DNA of 63,581 bases, counting the filler, from Stramenopiles sp. TOSAG23-3 (lineage: Eukaryota), in the NCBI GenBank assembly GCA_900128585.1. It is 26 parts of 26 records of this genome, joined end to end, with 100 filler letters (N's around TTAATTAATTAA, not from the genome) between each part and the next. Parts side by side here need not be neighbours in the genome. Positions count along the whole stretch, not along the records: positions 10,463 to 20,813 come from LT642827.1; positions 20,914 to 22,606 come from LT645528.1; positions 22,707 to 24,399 come from LT645529.1; positions 24,500 to 26,191 come from LT645530.1; positions 26,292 to 27,982 come from LT645531.1; positions 28,083 to 29,772 come from LT645532.1; positions 29,873 to 31,562 come from LT645533.1; 19 more parts are not named here. One strand, written 5' to 3'. The notes beneath the pieces are model-generated. The model was not told where the DNA came from and did not search any database. It saw nothing but the letters and a program-made list of their open reading frames with translations. This document shows positions 19,922-31,662 of the stretch, piece by piece. Position 1 is the stretch's first letter, and each line of letters begins with the position of its first letter. A program made the translations under genes and the position numbers.

Positions 19922-20555
19922 TTACTTTTCAAATACATAGGATTTGCAATCGTTATACCAAAAATTGTGCCCAGCGGTACATTCAGGATTTCCTTCTTTA
20001 TCTTGAGGTCCATCATCGTTTGAAGGAATGCAAGCGTCGTCGAATTGCGGGGTAACGTCCCCCATATAAGTTCTACAAAAACCACTGAAAAGATTTAACG
20101 AAAGTGTGAGCGAGGGCCGGGCGAAGCAAGTATGGGGGGAAAGTAAGCACTTACCAATCTGGGTCGGACACACAGGCACGGCAGGTCTTGTATTGGGAAC
20201 ACGCAATATCCGTGTATGTTTTCCCTCCATAATTGGAGTCGTCTACATCTACTTTCGGCTTTTGTGTGCCCTTCTCAGGAGCATGGGCGTTGTACAAAAT
20301 GCTCTTATTGGTGTCCAAAGCGGTCGTAGCAGACAACGCCGAAGTTGTATTTGACACAGTGATGTCACCTGTTGACCCTCCCACCAGTTGCGTTGCATCA
20401 TTCAGAGGACCGTCATCTCCATTACTTCCCCTATTCTCACGCAGGAGACGCTTGTAGAACGGGCTGATCGCTCGGCACCCTGGGATATGTACAGCGAGCG
20501 CAAAGACCACAGCAAGTATTATACAAGCCGCATAACTCGAATTGCTGGCGACCAT
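19922..20555 (-). CDS. Secreted PSI-domain protein, two exons (20555-20155 and 20084-19922), 187 aa
   Basis: Signal peptide present. Removing a 70-nt GTAAGT...TTTCAG intron (20154-20085) restores CSQYKTCRACVSDPDCGFC, a PSI signature. Confidence 0.8.
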
Positions 20556-20734
20556 GCGTCGGAAAAGAAGTGCATAAATCAGGCTTTAAGAAACGTCTGA
20601 GGCTCTCTATACATTCACTGCCCAAGTAGATTACTTTCCATATAAAAATCTCGTACAGACAACCAACTACGTTAGAGACCGCACTATTATTCTAACCATT
20701 GTGCAAAGTTGGAAATTTTTTGAAGAAAGAAACG

Positions 20735-20813
20735 GAAGAAGAAGAAGAAGAAGAAGAAGAAGAAGAAGAAGAAAGAAGAAGAAGAAGAAGAAGAAGAAGA
20801 AGAAAGAAGAAGA
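20735..20813. repeat. (GAA)n microsatellite at contig end
   Basis: Directly visible. Confidence 0.95.
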
Positions 20814-20913
20814 NNNNNNNNNNNNNNNNNNNNNNNNNNNNNNNNNNNNNNNNNNNNTTAATTAATTAANNNNNNNNNNNNNNNNNNNNNNNNNNNNNNN
20901 NNNNNNNNNNNNN

Positions 20914-22606
20914 AACTCGATTTTGCGGAGGGGCCTCGAACACGGAAACCAAACCCAAAAACGAAAACCGTCGCCCGAGCACGAAAGTTAATAGTACTTT
21001 CAAGATCCTTCATGCTGGAATAAAACTGCAGCTGCATTTGAGACAACAATCGCTGCATTGTCTTGGGGCCTGACTCTTGTGTTTTTAAGTGGTGCTCTTT
21101 CGCACAGTGTTTTAAAGACTTCATCGTAATCTGGCGCACGTCAGCAAGATAATTATCTCTTACCCAAGACTTTAAGTATTGACTTCTCCAAGCAAAAAAC
21201 TCCTTGTCTACGACATCACTTTCAAAGACTTTTTTTGCGTCGTCGTAACTGTCTTCGTACACTTTTGATACTACGGCAATAAATATATTCATCATTACCA
21301 GGGTCAAGGCCAAGGACAGTATTAACAGCACGGTGTATGCCAAAGCAATACTAGACCGCTGCATGTCATCGAAACCTATGTCCAAATCACCAAACATAAC
21401 GTAAAAGACTTTTTCCAAACTTACGTTTGTTTGGCGGTACTCCACGTTATCGACGCCGAATGCAAAGTGAAGCCCAAGTGCAAAGGTCAGCAGCAAACAT
21501 ACCAGAAAGCCGTAAAATGGAATGACGTTCTTGTCAAAAAATGTTCGTGTTATCGCCATTACCCTGGACCCAAAACCTGGCACCCTTTGCATAAGTGCAA
21601 GCGAGTGAGTTGCTGTGAGAACGAACAGAATAGACAGCAGCAATTGCGATGTTTTCTTCGCCGAAGCGTACCGGGCCATATCGATGTATTTATGCTCCCC
21701 GTTAGTCATCGCCGATTGAAAGTACGTCTGAAGGTCCCCTTCAACTTCCTTCCGGGCTGAAAGCACAGGGTAAAACGAAACCCACCACAGACTGAAATTT
21801 AGTATAATAAAAAGCTCAAACCAGTTCCACGCATTAAGGAGGTACGGATTTCTTTTCCAGCATTTGCCTATGACATAAGAGACTTGACAGCAAGAAAAAC
21901 AAGCGGAAGAATTTTTCGTCGTGCTTTTTTTGCGCTTCATCCTTTTCTTCCTAAGGTACGCCATACCACAACAGCCGCATATCCAAAATTTGACAAAGAA
22001 ATAGATCCTGGTCTTGAAATCGACACGATCCAGCACCTCTTCAATCGTTTCGCTCTGTCGACGTCTCCAATGTCTCTTCAAGTGTTCACTAAGTGGTGGA
22101 TTTACGGGGGGGGGGGGGGGGGGAAGGATTTTTTTATCAGCATTTGTAGATATCACACGGTTTTCATCGTCCATAAAACTTTCAAAATAGCCCGAAAGAA
22201 ACTCCTTTATTTCGTTGCAAATACGCAATCCAAACAGACACAGCAAAACCAGCTGCAAACTATTTTCCCATAGTTTATCGTGTGGGTGAGGGAAAATGTC
22301 CATAACATATATATTGGCGCTATTGGAAGTACCTCCTGAGGGCCAAAACTCTACTCCTAACTTCAGAAAAGCGAAAAGGTTTATGTGCGGGTTGTAAATG
22401 GTAAACGCGATCTCAACATACCGAGTACCGTTGGAAACATCGATCCAGTTGTCCCGTCGGATGTCCAATAGTTTTTCTCTAGCGCTTGTCGCATTGCAGC
22501 AATCTATGTATGTTTTATATCCCGAATCTGCTGGGTACCATTGGACCCACGAAGTTGCACCCATAGTTTTTCTTTCTCCCGCCACTTTCCTTTTACTAAA
22601 TTCGTA
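20914..22606 (-). CDS. PKD2: Polycystin-2 (TRPP)-like cation channel, partial at both ends
   Basis: TOP-domain motif NWID..GTRYVEIAFTIYNPHINLF...EFWPSGG; S3 YLLNAWNWFE; pore region FALGLHFAFG...MFGDLD; S6 MMNIFIAVVSKVYE. Confidence 0.82.
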
Positions 22607-22706
22607 NNNNNNNNNNNNNNNNNNNNNNNNNNNNNNNNNNNNNNNNNNNNTTAATTAATTAANNNNNNNNNNNNNNNNNNNNNNNNNNNNNNNNNNNNNN
22701 NNNNNN

Positions 22707-24399
22707 TTCCGGCTCCTTCCTCTTCGCTTCCAAGACGTTTATTTTGCCCGCCTCGTCGTCCTTCAAGCGCTCGTCGTCCTCAAATTTCGTGTCTGTCATT
22801 GTACTGTGAAAATAACCATTCTTTATAGGCTCGTTGACGACTGCTACCAAACGCTTCGCGCGCGTAATGGCGCGGTAAATCCTAGATTTGTCCCTTTTCA
22901 GAGCTCGCTGCTCTTGGTCGATCTCCACGCCAAATCCTACCACGATGACCGCATCGTACTCCAAGCCGTCTTGGTTCGAGATGGTGTCAACAACTATTCG
23001 CACGTCCCCATTCCATTTTATGCTTGGAATCATGCCAAATTTTTCCTCTGCATCGATTAGTTTAAACGAAAATCGTGGGGCTTTCTGCTTTAACTCTGTC
23101 TCTAAAGCTGTTTTGAAGCCTTCCAGGTTTATATTTTCGTGTACAATAATTGTGACACGGTCGTTCAAATCAAACCATCCCACTTCTTCAGAAAGCTTGT
23201 CCTTGATCCACTCCAACGATTTGGTAGTGTGCTCAACATAGTCTTGCGTAGTATTGCCATCATCGAGAGCAAACAATTTCACAGGTTCGCCAAAATCATC
23301 ATGGTTGCATGTTGGAGACTTTTCTGAAGCAAAACGGAAGAGGTGAGATGCCAGCGTGATCCGCTCCGTAGACCTGACCACGTTGTGCAAGGAAATTGGA
23401 TACACATTCAGTGTATGATCTTTTGCATATTCCCGGTCACGCAACTCTTCTAATTGGCGATTTATGGTTCTGCCGCATAAAGGATCTTGGGAAGGATCCG
23501 ACAAAACAATGCACATTCTTGCATCAAAGAAATAGCTGTTGTAAATGTTCGTCCATATTCTTGCGTCACGAATGATGTGGTGCGCTTCGTCAACAACAAC
23601 CAAATCGTACTGTTCTACTTTTGCCACATTTTTGAGCACTATTCGCTTCTCGTCCCATTTCAATACTGCTCTCATGGTTTCCCCCCCATTGTCCACAGTA
23701 CAAAAATGAACACGGTTCACGTATTACTATCCATCTTGCGAAGAATTTCGCAAAGCCCTTCCTTGTACATGCAATCAAGACAGCAGACGTCTGACTTCGT
23801 TGCAATTCTTTTTGTATGAAATCCAATGCCACGTAGGTCTTCCCGGTGCCTGCGAATCCTTCTATATGGATGCATGAGTATCGGTCCATGTTTTGGGCTT
23901 CTTCGTAACCCTGAATGGCACGTTCCTGGTTTTCGGTCAACTTGTCATTTGCCAGTTTCAATTCGTCGTTAATTTTTCTTAGTTCTGCCTTCACTAGGTG
24001 CGGGCTGGTTGCGTTTTGTTCTTTTTCCTCATGTGTTGAGTTGCTGACCTGTGAAACGGCCAAAAAAGGGGCATGCAACGTTATTTCAGCGATTTTTTCC
24101 GGGGACATGTTGGGGAAAAGTGAATCTTCCCACAGGTAGCTTTTAGTGTCCGAATTATCTAAAAAATCCAAAGGGTCGTCTGCGCTTTGACTTTCCGCCC
24201 GCGATGGCCCGGCAGCAATCTGCGCTGGGGTCTCGTCGAGGTCCATACCTAATGATTCGAACGAATCTTCCGAGCTGATGTGCGAGCTCTGTGGGCTGTA
24301 GTTCATGTTATTTTGGGTTAGGCTTTCCGCTTGCGATGCCGAAGGAGTTGAACTTGACCCCGCATTGTCTCTGCGGCGCTGGCTCGGGCTCGGGTTCCC
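22707..24399 (-). CDS. SF1 helicase (Schlafen group III/DUF2075/UvrD_C_2-like), partial, with a frame change near 23720
   Basis: The upstream frame has Walker A IEGFAGTGKT. The downstream frame has LVVVDEAHH, LSDPSQ, LHNVVRSTERI, DTISNQDGLEYDAVIVV and IYRAITRAK. Confidence 0.78.
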
Positions 24400-24591
24400 N
24401 NNNNNNNNNNNNNNNNNNNNNNNNNNNNNNNNNNNNNNNNNNNTTAATTAATTAANNNNNNNNNNNNNNNNNNNNNNNNNNNNNNNNNNNNNNNNNNNNA
24501 AAATCATTTATTTTGTTTTTAAAATTACCTCTCTCTCTTACGTGTAATTTAAGACTACACAGTTAAGTTTCCGACAGCAAATCCTCCTCTT

Positions 24592-25422
24592 CTACATATT
24601 CTTCTTCATCTTTGTCAGCTTATGCCAATATTCCTTATAGCGAACGTCGGTTCCGCACATCCAATCCCAGAATGGTGTCCAATCTCCATAACACCCAACG
24701 TTGTGACTATGATGAAAATCGTGGCGTCTTGCCCCACCGGAGAAAATGGCAATGTTCAACGGATCGAACGGCAAGTCGAACCCGGCGTGGCTTTGAACCG
24801 TTTGCCATTGTCGCACGGCCGTAAATAACATGAGCACCATGAAATGGCTCTTCATAGCAATCGCAGGTATCACACCGGGAAGAATATTGAGCACCATGTC
24901 GACTATACCGAAGTATTCAGACGCCCAAACGGTGGTCGCTTTGAATTCATGGTGCTGCTTGTGGACTACGCGATACAGCCAGCCGTTGGCGTGCAGTAAA
25001 CGGTGCGTCCAGTAAAACAGTGTATCGCATCCAACGAGCATGCCAATAAAATGGCCGAGTATCGTCGGCCAAGCTGGTACCTCTCCTCTACAAACATACA
25101 TGCCCCGGTGAACAAGACCAGGGTAAACCAAAAAGACAACTACCGGGACGACAACGAACGTGCCGATGATCTGTTCCAGTAGCGCCCGTTGGTTCAGTCG
25201 AATATTTTCCGGCGTGCTCGCCGCCATATGCTTTCTATCTCGAGGTAGTTTGTACTGCTGACACCACCCCAGACGGTCCAATACTACAAAGAACCAGCAT
25301 GAGCCCCATAAGCCTACCGCATGCACCACGCTCGCGACAAACACTACAAAAAACTTTTCGCCAAACCCCGCCGTGACCACTGACTCACAGGCATGGTCCC
25401 AATAGTATCCAATTGTCGACAT
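24592..25422 (-). CDS. ERG25: Sterol C4-methyl oxidase-like protein (fatty acid hydroxylase superfamily)
   Basis: His boxes YWTHRLLH, VHKQHHEF, SHAGFDLPF and HDFHH; C-terminal WDWMCGTD; transmembrane segments. Confidence 0.8.
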   Translation of the reverse strand: MSTIGYYWDHACESVVTAGFGEKFFVVFVASVVHAVGLWGSCWFFVVLDRLGWCQQYKLPRDRKHMAASTPENIRLNQRALLEQIIGTFVVVPVVVFLVYPGLVHRGMYVCRGEVPAWPTILGHFIGMLVGCDTLFYWTHRLLHANGWLYRVVHKQHHEFKATTVWASEYFGIVDMVLNILPGVIPAIAMKSHFMVLMLFTAVRQWQTVQSHAGFDLPFDPLNIAIFSGGARRHDFHHSHNVGCYGDWTPFWDWMCGTDVRYKEYWHKLTKMKKNM

Positions 25423-26466
25423 CGTTGAAGTTCCACTATGTGCATACCCCGTCCGCCCAAGGAATATTTTGTGTTCGTGAACGATGAACGAACCGCGGCA
25501 AATTAAACAGCAAGTGGTGCTGTGATGATTTGTGGCATCGTATCTTCAAAATCAAAACTTTTGCCTTAGCTATACATTTGTTAAGATGATATTAAAAGAC
25601 ACAATATTAATAACTGATACATCTATTATATTTTTAGAAGAAGAAGAAGAAGAGCAAGGAAAAAAGGAGAAGAAGAAAGAAAGAAAGAAAGAAAGAAAGG
25701 GAGAAGGAGAGAGGAGGTACCGTAGTAATAGTCGTCTACGAGGTAAGAGCTTTCATCATCAGCATTGATTATTAATAAGAATAGAGAATATCCAATATTA
25801 TGCTTATAAATATTTATATATAAATAGGATAAAATATAATATAATTGAATCCATATTTTGATATAATTTAAACTGTATTATAATACGATTTGGTTAATTT
25901 ATCTTTGTTTATATTATTTATAGATAGGTACTATGTATATTGTAATAGTTATTTTTCTGAAATTTTGGAGAGAAGATAAGAGGAGTTAGTTGATCGCGAT
26001 TTCTCTCTTTTGATCTTTTTGCCGCTGTTGTGTCTATATTAATAGAAGACTAATTGTATAGATCCTGATGCTGTGCTGTTTAATAAAAAATAATAAATTA
26101 TTTAAAAAAAAAATAATAATAATTTTTTAATAATTAAAATACGAAGAAGAAGAAGAAGAAGAAGAAGGGAAGGGTATTTTAATTATAATAANNNNNNNNN
26201 NNNNNNNNNNNNNNNNNNNNNNNNNNNNNNNNNNNTTAATTAATTAANNNNNNNNNNNNNNNNNNNNNNNNNNNNNNNNNNNNNNNNNNNNACCCGGTTT
26301 TGAATTGTGCAAAGTGACTATTCACAATTGAATAAAGGTAGTTACAAAAGTGTACAACGATAATAAGCACAAGAGGCAAGAAAATATCCAGCAAACACTG
26401 TTGTGTCGAATATAAACTTGCAACAGAAGGAGGAAAGAATCCGTATCGCACCACAAGGTTTTAAAA

Positions 26467-27982
26467 ATGGTTTCAAGACGCGACGCACTTACGTTCGCGT
26501 TTTTGTCGACGTTGTGCATACTGATCGCCCATACACCTTTTGCGTCGGCAAGTTTGCCGCTGCAAGAGGCGAAGTACGCTGCCGTAGCCAACAGTCCATC
26601 TCCAAGCAGCGGAGGCGACAGCGGCGGCGACGACGCCCCGGACAACTGCACGCTGTACCACAGCACTTGCCAGCTTGTCAAGCAGAACTGCATGTCCTTG
26701 AGCTCTGGGGACCAAAACTTGATTCCTTACTACTACATACACTACTGCGTGTTTGAGTCTGTTCCTGCGCTTTCCTACGTGTTATTGTTCGTATGGCTAA
26801 TGATCACCCTGTCATTGCTCGGAACTACAGCGGACAATTATTTTGTGGTTCAACTGGAAACGTTGAGCGGTATATTGAAGTTGTCGCCGTCCACAGCAGG
26901 GATAACATTGTTGGCCCTGGGAAACTCGGCACCAGACACGTTCACCGACATCGCAGCCGTCCAAGGAAAGAAATTCAACCTTGCACTTACCGAGCTGTTG
27001 GGGGCATCAACGTTTCTCACCACAATTGTTTTTGGGGCCGTGATCCTTGTTTCGACACGGAAACCTAAAGACAACAAGGCAGATTCACACAGCCACATAC
27101 CAGTCGTGGACGGGAGATTCGTCTGCCGTGTCGAAAAATCGTCCTTCATTCGCGACGTGAGCGTCTTTTTTGGCGCTCTTGTGCTGCTGCTGTTTTTTAC
27201 GGCGTCAGGGGGAACCTTTTCAACGTTTGAATCGCTAATTATCTTGAGCATTTACATTGCTTACGTTATTGGAGTCATCGTGTTCACGTCGACGTCGCTT
27301 CGTGACAAATGTTGCAAGCGGCACGGCGATGCGGGAGGAGCATCTGGGTCAAATTACAACGCCCTTGAAAGCCAGCAATCGAACATTAATTCTGTCGGTG
27401 CTGTTGAGCACGGTGCAGACGCGGATGGCATTCACGTCGACGAAGAACATGATGGAGAATGTCTGTGTGGTATAGACTGGGACGAGGAAGAGTTAGATTC
27501 GTTGTTTGACAAGATTTTCTTTGTGCTGGAATACCCTTTTTCATGGCTCCGCTGGCTGTCCATCCCGAGCGCGAGCTTGCACTGGAATCGGCGCCGACGC
27601 ATTCTCGCATCCTTGGCTCCCCTCGGAACAGTTTGCATAGTGTTTCTTGATTTTTCTCAAAATTGGACCAATGGAACCCCATACGATGGCTTCAGCTATC
27701 CTATCGCCGATGGCACCAACTTCCCGATGATTGCGGTTCCGTTGCTGATGGCGGCCGCATTGGGACTATTTATTTACTTCGCTTCGGATGACACGACGCT
27801 GCCAAAATGGCACATGCTTTTGGTTGGGCTGGCGTTTTTATCCACTGTAGCTTGGCTTGACTTGATCGGGAACGAGATCGTCGCGTTGCTATCTGTTCTT
27901 GGCCACATGACAGGTGCCACCGACACGCAGGCAGGGTCCAACTTGGTCGGTATTACCGTCCTAGCATGGGCCAATTCAATCG
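26467..27982 (+). CDS. Cation/Ca2+ exchanger (CCX/NCLX family), 3' partial
   Basis: Alpha-1 repeat AGITLLALGNSAPD, alpha-2 repeat VGITVLAWANSI, signal peptide and multiple transmembrane segments. Confidence 0.9.
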
Positions 27983-28082
27983 NNNNNNNNNNNNNNNNNN
28001 NNNNNNNNNNNNNNNNNNNNNNNNNNTTAATTAATTAANNNNNNNNNNNNNNNNNNNNNNNNNNNNNNNNNNNNNNNNNNNN

Positions 28083-29380
28083 ACAGGTATTCGTAATAGC
28101 GAGTCACCATTGCTTTTCTGTCCTCACTTAGACCTAACGTCACCAAGGTGTCACGCAGAATGTCCATTTTCTCTCGATACTGGTCGTTTGTTAGTGGTGT
28201 AAAAAAAAGAATGTAGGCGGTTTATACTTACGGCATATTCCAGCGTGTTTGTCCCTTGAATCAGAATCGTTACCTGCCCGATAATGTACGCATTCAACAC
28301 AGCATTGAGAAACCCTAAAGAGATTGAAGTTATTTTTTCCAAGTACGTAATGTCCTCAGGAAGTTGCCCAAGAAGCATTTGTAAGCCAAGGTAGTAGGAC
28401 TGGACGTAGCGGGAATCAAAATCTTCTAGCGCTCGGGCCTGATCGCTGCAATAGGTCTCAGTCGTCATATTGTCTTGGAGCTCGCATACGAAGTAAAACA
28501 GGCACCCCGTCCAGTGGCAACTGACTAATATAAGGATCACCAGCCGAACAATTCTTGTAGTGCGTACGTAGCGCTGTAAGAGCTCGGTGTTTTCCATGAA
28601 TCTAACGATCCTCGCAATTCTGAAAAGGCGGGGAAGCTTTGCAAATCGTCGCCAAACTTTTAACGACCCCGAATCATCTCCGCCGCCAATAAATTGCTCC
28701 AAAGGCGCAATTGCCATTAAGTCAAACCAAAACCAACGCTTCAAGTAATCTTTGGCAATTATTTTATGATCTTTCACTAGATCCCCATTATTGAGTACTA
28801 TCATGGTGTGAAAATTGAGCAGCACATCAATGACGAACAGACCATCTATTATCCAACCTTGGACTGGTGATGGCACGTAATCGTCGGGGAAACCCATCTC
28901 TAGAGGAATAAATATCGCGGAATGAAATGTCAGCACGAGCACCAGCACGTCCCACAGGCGCCTGGTTGTATTCTCCGGGTGTATTGGTTTAGAGTTACGT
29001 TCGAAGCAGGATTTCTTAACAGCGTTTTCTTTCATTTCGACATAACATGGATAGCAAGCTCTTACTCCTTCTATTTTCCATTTTGAGCATGCCTGGCAAC
29101 GAAGCCCCCCACAATATCTGCAATGATGCCTTCTATTTATGCAAGTAAACTTGTTGTCGCAGCCTGGACAGTATTTTGCAGAATGATCACTTTCCCAACT
29201 GGCACCTCGAAAAATAATATTCATAGACGCATGGTCTTTCTTCTTCTGAATTCGATTTCCTCGTGCTTTGTTCGCGAGCTTGCTCAAAGCTCGTACACTC
29301 CCTAAACTAAGCTTTACACCAGAGCTCGCCGCTGCACCAGTTGGCTTAACCGCGCTCGGCGCCGTCGAATCTTTCTCCAT
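28083..29380 (-). CDS. FYVE-domain-fused cyclic-nucleotide-binding-domain (CNG/KCNH/HCN-like) channel, 3' partial; intron 28231-28180
   Basis: FYVE: WESD...CPGC...RRHHCRYCG..RCQAC...VRACYPC. Channel: IHPEN..RRLWD, DVLLNFHT, IAKDYLKRWFWFDL, and S4 KLPRLFRIARIVR. After a 52-nt GTAAGT..CTAAC..CAG intron comes the C-linker YREKMDIL...VTRYYEYL. Confidence 0.87.
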
Positions 29381-29872
29381 TGTTCTTTCTTCTTTTGCGT
29401 TAAATGAACTAGCACGATTCACTAATCCACGAGTACATAAAATTGTCCGTAAATGTTTATCTCCGGTATCATTATATATTTACAAATACGAAGTATACAC
29501 TAAAACTTTTAATTTAATTATTAAAAAAAGTATATTATAAAAAGAATATAATTAAAAAGTTTTTTTATATTATTATAATAATAATAACGGCTGTTGTTAC
29601 TGTACCATACCATACCGTACCACCTTAGGAGTACCGTGTTCTGTAGTTCGCCTCCTCGTTATATAAGTTCGTTTAATCCTCGTAGTTGTGATCCGCGCAT
29701 CATGTTCCCTTTTCTCCTTCATCCACTTTCTCATGATGATATCTCACTCATACTAGCTAGTATATCTATCATNNNNNNNNNNNNNNNNNNNNNNNNNNNN
29801 NNNNNNNNNNNNNNNNTTAATTAATTAANNNNNNNNNNNNNNNNNNNNNNNNNNNNNNNNNNNNNNNNNNNN

Positions 29873-30024
29873 TAGGTGGATTAGCACTGCTTCCACATGA
29901 CCCATAATCAACTTCCTCATCCGGTGTCCCACTCATAGATGACTCATTCCTTGTGTGATCTTCAAAGCAGCGGCGTAATTATAAAAAAGAAGATAAATAT
30001 AGAAAAAACAAATTATATAGTATG
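29873..30024 (+). repeat. Repeat module C followed by a truncated motif B
   Basis: gacccata..tcaacttcctcatccg.tgtc.cactcatagatga.tcattccttgtgt matches 8801-8880. aaaaaacaaattatatagtatg is identical to 19880-19901. Confidence 0.87.
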
Positions 30025-30171
30025 ATAAATATAGATATAGAAGAAGAAGTGAGGTGGTGCGCGGCAGGGGCGGGGGCGGCGGCAGCAAGAAGGTGTGTGT
30101 GTCTCCAGCAGGTTTGATTATTATTTTGGGGATGATGTTGTATTTAAATTATTAAACAAATTGTTTCGGTG

Positions 30172-31520
30172 CTATGCTCGATCTACTCCATCGTTTTGTT
30201 CAACAGCAGAAATCAACTGCTTGTCTTCCTCCTCTGACCATGGACGGCCACCGATGCCTACATGATGCAGGACTACGCCCATGGAGACTAACTGCATCCC
30301 AACATGTTCCGTGGGCAGCAACCAAGTGCTTGTCTTCCTCCTCTGACCATGGCCTGCTTCCCCTCAACTTATATCCACGTCTAATTGCTCCCGCCTCCCC
30401 TGCTTGCTGGCTCCTCCCAGGGGGCTCTCCATTTGCCGTTGCAGCCGTCTTTTTTTTTCTCTCCTTTTGCGCGCGCTTGGTCTGTTTTTTCTCCTTTTTT
30501 TTTTGGCTACCTGTATGCGAACCGGTTCGTGTATGCTAACCGGTTCGTGTATGCGAACCGGTTCGAAACGGACCACCTGTAACCGCCCTTCCGCAATCGC
30601 CTTTTCTGATACGCATGTGGTCGTAGAGCCCGAGTCTGCAAGGACTTGCAACGCCCCCTGTGCGATGTATGGGTCCCGACGCTTCTTTTTTTTTTGGCTA
30701 GAAGTATTGAAATAATATTTTTCCAAGCATGAAATGGGTAAGTTATTCTTTACACAACGGTCCTTGAAGTATGTAGACAAAGGCCTCTCTGGAAGGCATT
30801 GTCCGATGGCAATCCAATTTGGAAAATGTTTATCATGAGCAGCAACGAGCCGTTTGTCTTCTTCTACCGTCCAAGTAAGATACTCTTTTGACACTGACTT
30901 GTCCAAAACTGTAAGTTTTAGAGGCCTGGGAGAAGACCTTATCAAACTTACAACAGCCGGTGTTGGCAATCCCAAAACAGATTTGGAACCAACAGCTACA
31001 ACACAATCGCCAACTTCTAACCAATCGTCAAAGAATGCTTGCGAACCTGGGGCAATATGTGAAACCTCTACAGCCCATGGACCTTTTGGACTATGATCTA
31101 TATCCTCAATGGTCAGGCCAAGTGTTTCTTCTTGAAACCATGCATACTTTCTGAACGCATCCCATATTTGACTACACTCCTCGCGTGTCTTGGGCATAAC
31201 GATCCCACTGGAACAACTATAAATGGCTGCCCAATCGACAGGCCCAAGGGCGTTAATTCCATGCCGTTTAAACAATCTAACTAAATTTATGGCTTGCTTG
31301 ACTTCCTCCTCTTTTTTTAAAAAACTCCATCGGGCATAACACGCCTGATAACTACGCCCTGGAATTGTGTGACAATCAACCGTCCAAATTACATTGTTTT
31401 GTTCAACAACAGCAATCAACTGCTTGTCTTCCTCCCCTGACCATGGCAGGCCATCCCGGTTCACTGCCGTTGCAGCCGTCTTCTTTTTTTTCTGGCTACC
31501 TTCCGATTTACGTGTTGTTG
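30172..31520 (-). pseudogene. Myb/SANT repeats + PDZ gene, frameshifted and internally duplicated
   Basis: The main ORF 30364-31464 has Myb (PWSGEEDKQL...GRSYQACYARW), PDZ (LGLTIE...LEVGDCVVAVG) and Myb (WTVEEDKRL). Two more Myb starts (PWSEEEDKHL, PWSEEEDKQL) follow in shifted frames. There is no ATG start and there are upstream stops. Confidence 0.7.
30512..30565. repeat. 3 x 18-bp tandem repeat (tgtatgcKaaccggttcg) with palindromic core
   Basis: Directly visible; encodes EPVRIH/EPVSIH on the minus strand. Confidence 0.92.
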
Positions 31521-31662
31521 CCGTCGGCTTCCTCCAACTATCAGGGTAATTGAATTTTATTCNNNNNNNNNNNNNNNNNNNNNNNNNNNNNNNNNNNNNN
31601 NNNNNNTTAATTAATTAANNNNNNNNNNNNNNNNNNNNNNNNNNNNNNNNNNNNNNNNNNNN

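Noticed and set aside
20914-29380. Apparent ion-transport gene cluster (PKD2-like, CCX, CNBD channel)
   Set aside because: The genes lie on different contigs ordered by length, so there is no evidence of linkage.
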